The position numbers and the translations under genes are program-made. Positions 57,587 to 64,000 of a DNA stretch of 64,000 bases are shown one piece after another. Under the pieces are notes generated by a model. It searched no databases and was not told the DNA's origin. It saw only the letters and a program-made list of their open reading frames with translations. Each line of letters starts with the position of its first letter. Positions within the stretch are counted from its first letter, which is position 1. Origin of the DNA: a virus; IMG/VR virus record IMGVR_UViG_3300025890_000019; one strand, given 5' to 3'.

Positions 57587-58160
57587 ATTACAACAGTACC
57601 TAGCAGAAAGCACAAAAACATACCCTTTTAAAATAGGTGTAGCAGGCGATTTGCCAGAAGGTTTCGCTGACAGTTTAGAATCAGCATTAGAAAAATTTGT
57701 AGTTGTTAAAATGAGCAACGGTAAAAAGACTCCAATAACAAAAAGACCATTGGATTTTCCTGCTCTTGAAAATGAAAGAACAACATACTTTGAAACAGAA
57801 TTACAATATCCAACAACAGCAACAGTGTTACAACAGTACATAAAAAACTATTGCAATGTGCCAGAAAGTCATGTTATAGTGAGAACTCCAGGTGAAGCTC
57901 AAGAAGAATATCAAGAAGAAAAATCAGATGCACCGTATGAAGCAAAACTTAACACGCCTTATGAAGACAGCAAAGACGAACAAAAAACAGTAGGCACTTC
58001 AAGAGTTATGGAATTATTAAAAGAATTAGAAAAAGCTCGTAAAGAAAGATCGGCTCCAGATGCCGCAAGCGAAATTAAACCAGGTGGCGGATCCACAGAA
58101 AACGCAGAAGATTCAAAAGGTACAACTTCACCTATTTCAGGTAAGTCGAAAGGTAAATAG
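57567..58160 (+). CDS. Hypothetical protein
   Basis: 197-aa ORF overlapping the previous gene; phage-like codon usage. Confidence 0.6.
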   Translation: MTKMTSKLQQYLAESTKTYPFKIGVAGDLPEGFADSLESALEKFVVVKMSNGKKTPITKRPLDFPALENERTTYFETELQYPTTATVLQQYIKNYCNVPESHVIVRTPGEAQEEYQEEKSDAPYEAKLNTPYEDSKDEQKTVGTSRVMELLKELEKARKERSAPDAASEIKPGGGSTENAEDSKGTTSPISGKSKGK

Positions 58161-58164
58161 TAAT

Positions 58165-58623
58165 ATGGACATTAGAGATTTTTTAACAAAAATAGATGCT
58201 ATTCAAAGCAAAGAGCAAATGAAAGAAGATGTGAAAAAAATACATCTTAAAGAAGCATCACAGGTTATGCTGTACGGAGATACTCCAGAAGATATGGCGG
58301 CAATTGCACAAATTTTCAAAAGTGCAGGCGTACCAGAACCAAAAGAAAAAGAAATGACAATTCCATTACCAACACCTAAACCAGAAGAATCTGTAGAAGA
58401 AGAAATTCCAGGCAAAGCATCAACAACACCTGAACCTGAATACAAAGACACACAATACATGACAAAAGATTTGTCAGGCGGTATAAACAAGATCAAAAAA
58501 ACATACCCTAAAGTTGCAGGCGGCGATAATCCAATGGCACTTGAAAAAACTGAAGAAGAAGTTCAATCTTCTATCAAAGAAACTTTGCTACAAGCCTACC
58601 AAGACTTTAAGAAAAACGCATAG
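58165..58623 (+). CDS. Hypothetical protein
   Basis: Start taken at MDIRDF, 5 nt after GTAAATA; acidic/Pro-rich. Confidence 0.6.
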   Translation: MDIRDFLTKIDAIQSKEQMKEDVKKIHLKEASQVMLYGDTPEDMAAIAQIFKSAGVPEPKEKEMTIPLPTPKPEESVEEEIPGKASTTPEPEYKDTQYMTKDLSGGINKIKKTYPKVAGGDNPMALEKTEEEVQSSIKETLLQAYQDFKKNA

Positions 58624-58666
58624 TCAAAAAGCAATACACCACCAATTTTCAGCATAAGTATTATAT

Positions 58667-60250
58667 ATGAGTAATAAAAGTTTAGATGGTGTCCTTACCA
58701 AAAAAGCACACACAAGGGAAAAATTTACAGAAGAACAAATAGCAGATTTAGTGCATTGTTCAGATCCTGTAAAAGGATACGATTATTTTGCAAAAAAATT
58801 CTTTTTTATACAGCACCCTGTAAGAGGAAAATGTATATTTGAACCTTTTCAATATCAAACAAAATTATTATCAAGTTATCACGATTTCAGATTCAATATT
58901 AATATGCTACCAAGACAAAGTGGTAAAACTACAACTGCCGCTTGTTATCTTTTATGGTATGCAATGTTTCATCCAGATCAAACTATACTAATTGCCGCAC
59001 ACAAATATACAGGTGCACAAGAAATTATGCAACGTATAAGATATGGATATGAACTGTGTCCCGATTATATAAGAGCTGGTGTAACAAACTACAACAAAGG
59101 ATCTATGGAATTTGAAAATGGATCAAGAATTGTATCAGCAACTACAACAGGAAATACTGGTAGAGGTATGTCAATATCTTTACTGTACTGTGATGAGTTT
59201 GCATTTGTCAACCCTGGCATAGCACAAGAGTTTTGGACTTCCATATCACCCACACTGGCAACAGGTGGACGTGCAATTATCACATCAACGCCAAACTCAG
59301 ATGAAGATGTATTTGCAACAATTTGGCGTGAGAGTCAAAACAAATTTGATGAGCATGGTAACGAACAAGAATTAGGAATCAATGGATTTCATGGATACAC
59401 AGCATCATGGGACGAACATCCAGACAGAGACGAAGAATGGAAAAAACAAGAACTAGGACGTATTGGTGAAGAAAGATTTAGACGTGAATATGGTTGTGAG
59501 TTTTTGGTTTTCGATGAAACACTAGTAAACAGTCTCGTGTTGACCACATTGGAAGGAAAAGAACCCACACTCAATATGGGACAAACACGCTGGTATAAAA
59601 AATTAGATGCTCATGCAACATATGTTGTGGCACTGGATCCAGCAATGGGAACAGGCGGCGATAATGCGGCAATTCAAGTGTTTGAATTACCTTCATACAC
59701 ACAGGTAGCAGAATGGAAACACAACACAACTCCTATCCCACAACAAATAAGAATTATGCGTGATATTTGCAACTACATAAAAGATGAAACAAAATCATCA
59801 GGCTCAAACATATATTGGAGCGTGGAAAACAATACCATAGGCGAATCTGCATTGTTGGTTATAAATGATTTTGGAGAAGATTCTATTCCTGGCTTGTTTG
59901 TTTCAGAACCAATCAGAAAAGGTCATATAAGAAAGTTTAGAAAAGGATTTAATACCACACACAAAACAAAAATCACTGCATGTTCTAGATTAAAGAACAT
60001 GATTGAAAAAGAAAAACTGAAAATATACAGTAAACCTTTGATAAGTGAATTGAAGAGTTTTATTGCTTCGGGTTCATCATTCAAAGCAAAATCTGGTCAA
60101 ACAGACGACCTAGTGAGTGCTACTTTGTTGATTATGCGTATAATAAGTGTGCTAAAAGATTGGGATCCAAAAATTTACACATCATTCAGTCAAGCAGACG
60201 AAGACACAGCAGATAAGGTTATGCCAATGCCTATATTTGTAAGCCACTAA
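58667..60250 (+). CDS. gp17: Terminase large subunit
   Basis: Walker A LPRQSGKTT, Walker B LLYCDEFAF, IITSTPN, F.REY.CEF, RNase H ALDPA.G.G.D, DDLV. Confidence 0.95.
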   Translation: MSNKSLDGVLTKKAHTREKFTEEQIADLVHCSDPVKGYDYFAKKFFFIQHPVRGKCIFEPFQYQTKLLSSYHDFRFNINMLPRQSGKTTTAACYLLWYAMFHPDQTILIAAHKYTGAQEIMQRIRYGYELCPDYIRAGVTNYNKGSMEFENGSRIVSATTTGNTGRGMSISLLYCDEFAFVNPGIAQEFWTSISPTLATGGRAIITSTPNSDEDVFATIWRESQNKFDEHGNEQELGINGFHGYTASWDEHPDRDEEWKKQELGRIGEERFRREYGCEFLVFDETLVNSLVLTTLEGKEPTLNMGQTRWYKKLDAHATYVVALDPAMGTGGDNAAIQVFELPSYTQVAEWKHNTTPIPQQIRIMRDICNYIKDETKSSGSNIYWSVENNTIGESALLVINDFGEDSIPGLFVSEPIRKGHIRKFRKGFNTTHKTKITACSRLKNMIEKEKLKIYSKPLISELKSFIASGSSFKAKSGQTDDLVSATLLIMRIISVLKDWDPKIYTSFSQADEDTADKVMPMPIFVSH

Positions 60251-60266
60251 CAGATAAATACACTGT

Positions 60267-62540
60267 ATGAACTTAAATGTTATAGCAAAAGACCTTTTTA
60301 ACAAGATCAGAGGGCAATTTCCACAGGTTACACTGGGTGATTCAGGAGGACAAGCAACCACTGAACCCACTGAAGCAAGGTTTTTTGACTTCGATTTCAA
60401 CGAGGGCGGAAACGCACTAGGAAAGGTAAGTATTAGCATTAGTGAAGAAGATGGCTTGGTTGTAATGCACAGCAAAGACTTTGTTGAACAATCAGATGAA
60501 CCATTAAAACACAGTTGGTACAACTTTTTAAAAGAATTAAGAGGTTTTGCCAAAGCAAGAGTGCTTGGTTTTGACACAAGAGACATAACAAAAAGCAATC
60601 TTGAAAAAAGAGATTATGACTTTTTAGGACAAGGGAAAGAGGTAGAAACAGTGAGCGAATCAAATTTATACGGTACAACAAAGACAAGTTTTCAAACTGT
60701 AGGTGAAGCGAGATTAGTAATCAAACATTCGGCACCTGTAAATCCAGCAGTAGCCGGTGGACGTACTCACAGAATAGAATCTCTTTTTATAGAAAGCAAT
60801 GCAGGCGAAAGATTCAAATATCCGTTTAAACATTTAAACGGTGCAAGAGCAATGGCTCGTCACGTATCAGAAGGTGGAAATCCATTTGATGACTTTGGCA
60901 AACACATTGCAGAAATGAGTTCAGAATTAAATCAATTAAGAAAATTCAAAACTTACATGAACAGATCAAACGTTATGGCAGAAGGCCTAAAACAATATCA
61001 GTCTGTTGTGGATGAAAGAATAGAAGAAATTAAAACAAGTTGTTTAAAATTACAAAAACAAAATGCTTACAAAGAAACATTTGAAACTTATAGCAAATCA
61101 GAATTAGCAGAAGTTCCTGAAGATGTTAAAAAATCATGGATAGATGAATTAACGATCAAATCATTCAATGAAGAACTACAAGATGTATTTCCTTACATCT
61201 ACAAACTGGTTTCAGAAAGAACAGCAATAGAAGAATTAGGACCAACATCATTTGAAGCACATGGATATCAAGGCGGCATTGAACCAAGAACTTTAAAATA
61301 TGATTTGATTGGAGACTTTAATCCTGAAAAACCAATCAGCGACATGGATATAGACAATGTTCAAAACATGTTATCCAAAGCAGGAATTTCGGCAGATGTT
61401 CAACCTGATCCATCTAACTTCCAAGGTGTTGTTGTACACACAGATACAAATCCAGAAGAAATTGAAAAAGTATTAGGTGGTATGATTGAAACTGTGGATA
61501 ACTTTCATGAGTTTGAATCAGCAATGGACGATATTGTAAGAGAAGACAACGGATTGTTTTCACAAGATGCAGACGAACAAAATTTAGCACTAGAAAAATT
61601 AAACACACTGATGGCAAAACATTTTCCTGTAGGTGTTAATGGTACAAACGGAATTGAAAGTCTAGCAGGTATAATTGATGATCAAGAATTAAATGCTCAA
61701 ATTGAAAAAGCGGCAAATGAAGATTCAGATGCTTGTATGCGTCCAATGATTTTAGATTATATTTCACAAAAAGATCCCACACTGGTTTCAAAAATTGAAA
61801 CAGGTGACATGAAACAAGATCCAGGAATAAACAAAAAAGAAGAAATTACATTCGAAGATATCAAACCTTATGTGTCTATGTACAAGGGTGATGATGGTAA
61901 GATGGTGTATGATATTTTAAACAAAGATGAAAAATCTGTAACAAAATTTAATAATGCCAAAGACGCAATGGAATATCTAAGAAAAAATTTCGACAAATTA
62001 AAATCAAGTGATTCAGAAATTAAAAACGAAAACGAAACAGATTACGAAGGTTCAATGGATTATGAATTATCAGGTGATGATGGTGAAACGGCTTATGGTA
62101 CAATTCATTATAAAGCAATCAACGGCAAAGTTGACCCTAACAGTTTAAAAGGTGAATACACATACGATGGCAATCATAAAATTGACGACGATACAGCAGA
62201 TGAAATGATTAAGCCAGGTGGTGCAGAACACGAAGAAGCACTAAAAGCCGCACAAGAAGATTACGACTTTGAATCAGATCGCATGAAATCAAAGATGGGT
62301 GCAGAAGACCAAGACGAGAAAGCATTTACAGACAAAGAATCAACTGTAGAAGAGTTCGTTAAGAGTTTCTTTGACTACACATCAAATCAATTTCCTAAAG
62401 GTGAAACAGCAGTATTAACGTCAGTAGAAAAGAAATTTGGCGACGGTGCTGTGAGCACTGCTCAGGAAACAATTCAAAACTTAATGGCAAACAAAGATCC
62501 AGAAATTGCCAAAATCAAAAAATTAGCAGGCGTTCAATAA
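60267..62540 (+). CDS. Large acidic hypothetical protein
   Basis: 757-aa ORF between terL and gp32; no family recognised. Confidence 0.7.
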   Translation: MNLNVIAKDLFNKIRGQFPQVTLGDSGGQATTEPTEARFFDFDFNEGGNALGKVSISISEEDGLVVMHSKDFVEQSDEPLKHSWYNFLKELRGFAKARVLGFDTRDITKSNLEKRDYDFLGQGKEVETVSESNLYGTTKTSFQTVGEARLVIKHSAPVNPAVAGGRTHRIESLFIESNAGERFKYPFKHLNGARAMARHVSEGGNPFDDFGKHIAEMSSELNQLRKFKTYMNRSNVMAEGLKQYQSVVDERIEEIKTSCLKLQKQNAYKETFETYSKSELAEVPEDVKKSWIDELTIKSFNEELQDVFPYIYKLVSERTAIEELGPTSFEAHGYQGGIEPRTLKYDLIGDFNPEKPISDMDIDNVQNMLSKAGISADVQPDPSNFQGVVVHTDTNPEEIEKVLGGMIETVDNFHEFESAMDDIVREDNGLFSQDADEQNLALEKLNTLMAKHFPVGVNGTNGIESLAGIIDDQELNAQIEKAANEDSDACMRPMILDYISQKDPTLVSKIETGDMKQDPGINKKEEITFEDIKPYVSMYKGDDGKMVYDILNKDEKSVTKFNNAKDAMEYLRKNFDKLKSSDSEIKNENETDYEGSMDYELSGDDGETAYGTIHYKAINGKVDPNSLKGEYTYDGNHKIDDDTADEMIKPGGAEHEEALKAAQEDYDFESDRMKSKMGAEDQDEKAFTDKESTVEEFVKSFFDYTSNQFPKGETAVLTSVEKKFGDGAVSTAQETIQNLMANKDPEIAKIKKLAGVQ

Positions 62541-62559
62541 TTAACTTTACCATTTCCGG

Positions 62560-62616
62560 TTGACTAAATAGTAATATTAGTATATATTTGACATTATGTT
62601 TGTCTTGTGCTATACT
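62560..62616 (+). promoter_or_regulatory. Tandem sigma70-type promoters for the ssb-uvsX operon
   Basis: TTGACA(62588)-N17-TATACT(62611) with extended -10 TG; weaker TTGACT(62560)-N17-TATATT(62583). Confidence 0.75.
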
Positions 62617-62671
62617 AATATTTTAAAGGCACATAATATAATAACAACAGGCAATAAAGGAGGCTTAAATT

Positions 62672-63634
62672 ATGGCAACACTACAAGAGATCAGAGCAAA
62701 ACTGAAAGAACAAGAATCTAAATCAGGAGGCTCTAATTCAAGAACAGGCGGAGACAACGCCATTTACCCATTTTGGAATCTAAAAGAAGGAGAGCAGGCA
62801 ACTGTTCGTTTCTTGCCAGATGGCGATAAAGAAAACACTTTTTTCTGGAAAGAAAGGTTAATGATTAAATTACCTTTTGCAGGAATCAAAGGTGAAACAG
62901 ATTCAAGACCAGTGCAAGTACAAGTTCCATGTATGGAAATGTACGGCGAGTCTTGTTCAATCTTATCCGAAGTAAGAGGATGGTTCAAAGATCCTAAATT
63001 AGAAGATTTAGGAAGAAAATATTGGAAGAAAAGAAGTTATATTTTCCAAGGTTTTGTGAAAGACGATCCAATCGGAGAAGAATCAACTCCAGAGAATCCA
63101 ATTAGAAGATTCATAATTGGTCCACAAATATTCCAAATAATTAAAGGAGCATTGATGGATCCAGATATGGAAGATCTTCCAACTGATTCAACAAGTGGTG
63201 TTGATTTTAGAATTATCAAAACATCCAAAGGTGGATATGCTGATTATTCAACATCAACATGGTCTAGAAAATCAAGACCTTTAACAGAAGATGAAAACAA
63301 AGCGATTGAAAGCAACACTCTTTTCAATCTTAATGATTTCCTTCCGAAAAAACCTAGCGAAGTTGAAGTTAAGGTTATGAAGGAGATGTTTGAAGCATCT
63401 GTTGACGGTGAAGCATATGATCAAGATAAATTTGGTCAATACTTTAGACCCGCAGGCTTGTCATCAAGAACTGGTGATCCAGTAACTCCGAAAGCAGAAA
63501 CTCCAGCACCAGCGGCTGAAGTGAAAGCAGAACCAGTTGCTGAAACAACGCAAGAAGCACCAAAGCCAACTGCTGAATCAAGCGGAAAAGCAGAGGACAT
63601 CTTAGCAATGATCAGAGCAAGACAACAAAAATAA
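62672..63634 (+). CDS. gp32: Single-stranded DNA-binding protein (T4 gp32-like)
   Basis: VRFLP, C.EMYG..C.I, ..YWKKRSY, FIIG..IF..I, D...G.DF.I.K...GG.YA.Y..S; AAGGAGG RBS. Confidence 0.88.
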   Translation: MATLQEIRAKLKEQESKSGGSNSRTGGDNAIYPFWNLKEGEQATVRFLPDGDKENTFFWKERLMIKLPFAGIKGETDSRPVQVQVPCMEMYGESCSILSEVRGWFKDPKLEDLGRKYWKKRSYIFQGFVKDDPIGEESTPENPIRRFIIGPQIFQIIKGALMDPDMEDLPTDSTSGVDFRIIKTSKGGYADYSTSTWSRKSRPLTEDENKAIESNTLFNLNDFLPKKPSEVEVKVMKEMFEASVDGEAYDQDKFGQYFRPAGLSSRTGDPVTPKAETPAPAAEVKAEPVAETTQEAPKPTAESSGKAEDILAMIRARQQK

Positions 63635-63646
63635 TAATAAGCACAT

Positions 63647-63668
63647 TGTGGGGAGGCAACTCCCCACA
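63647..63668 (+). promoter_or_regulatory. GCAA-tetraloop hairpin between gp32 and uvsX
   Basis: TGTGGGGAG-GCAA-CTCCCCACA, 9-bp stem, no U-tract. Confidence 0.6.
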
Positions 63669-63688
63669 CAACTTAAAGGTAAAAAATT

Positions 63689-64000
63689 ATGGTAAAAGCA
63701 TTTGACGTTAGTAAGTTTAGAAAAACTTTAACAAAATCCATTACAGGAATGAGCAGTGGATTTAATGATCCAACAGATTGGATCTCTACAGGTAACTTCG
63801 CACTGAACTATTTGGTCAGTGGTGATTTTAATAAAGGTATTCCATTAGGAAAAGTAACTGTGTTTGCAGGCGAATCAGGAGCAGGCAAGTCATACATTTG
63901 TGCAGGTAACATTGTAAAACACGCACAAGAACAAGGCATATTTGTTGTGTTGATTGATTCAGAGAACGCACTTGACGAAACATGGTTAAAAGCATTAGAA
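63689..64000 (+). CDS. uvsX: RecA-like recombinase UvsX, truncated by the window end
   Basis: MVKAFDVSKFRK...ISTGNFALNYLVSG....GIPLGK.TVFAGESGAGKS...IDSENALD. Confidence 0.9.
   Translation, partial: MVKAFDVSKFRKTLTKSITGMSSGFNDPTDWISTGNFALNYLVSGDFNKGIPLGKVTVFAGESGAGKSYICAGNIVKHAQEQGIFVVLIDSENALDETWLKALE

Noticed and set aside
58667-60250. Intein or intron in the terminase
   Set aside because: 527 aa with contiguous ATPase and nuclease motifs; no splice-junction motifs or interruption.
1-64000. CRISPR array, tRNA or rRNA genes
   Set aside because: No regularly spaced direct repeats and no cloverleaf/T-loop signature noticed in the short intergenic gaps (by eye; tRNAscan not run).
1-64000. 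Stop-codon reassignment
   Set aside because: ORFs up to 7 kb are open under the standard code, and TAA, TAG and TGA all end genes at sensible, tightly packed positions.

Overview
A 64 kb segment of an AT-rich, T4-like (contractile-tailed) large bacteriophage genome; the host cannot be identified from this window. 1-41.8 kb (+) is a tail-fibre/baseplate-appendage module built from paralogous sets: four 1.2-1.8 kaa proteins with a pectin-lyase-like beta-helix entry motif, a 2344-aa repeat protein, three ~108-aa small proteins, three ~10%-cysteine proteins, two chaperone-like proteins, and two GT9-like glycosyltransferases flanking a TobZ/NodU carbamoyltransferase. 41.8-45.5 kb holds an unannotated 40-aa 10-Cys metallothionein-like ORF, a SAM methyltransferase and, on the minus strand, a heptose-nucleotide cassette (hldE, hldD/gmhD, cupin, 2OG-Fe(II) oxygenase). 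45.5-64 kb is T4-type core: gp15-, gp14- and gp13-like genes, dNMP kinase, HNH, tail sheath, tail tube, gp4-like nuclease, terminase, gp32 and the start of uvsX. Best candidate for an undescribed system: a phage-encoded virion-decoration pathway (NDP-heptose supply + Asp-to-Arg GT9 pair + carbamoyltransferase + methyltransferase) whose inferred substrates are the adjacent Cys-rich proteins. Other notable signals: a structured GC-rich leader/uORF at 6.43-6.56 kb, late promoters placed to give near-leaderless mRNAs, enzyme-like domains inserted into fibre loops, and short identical DNA tracts between diverged paralogs. All family assignments are by motif recognition, without database searches.
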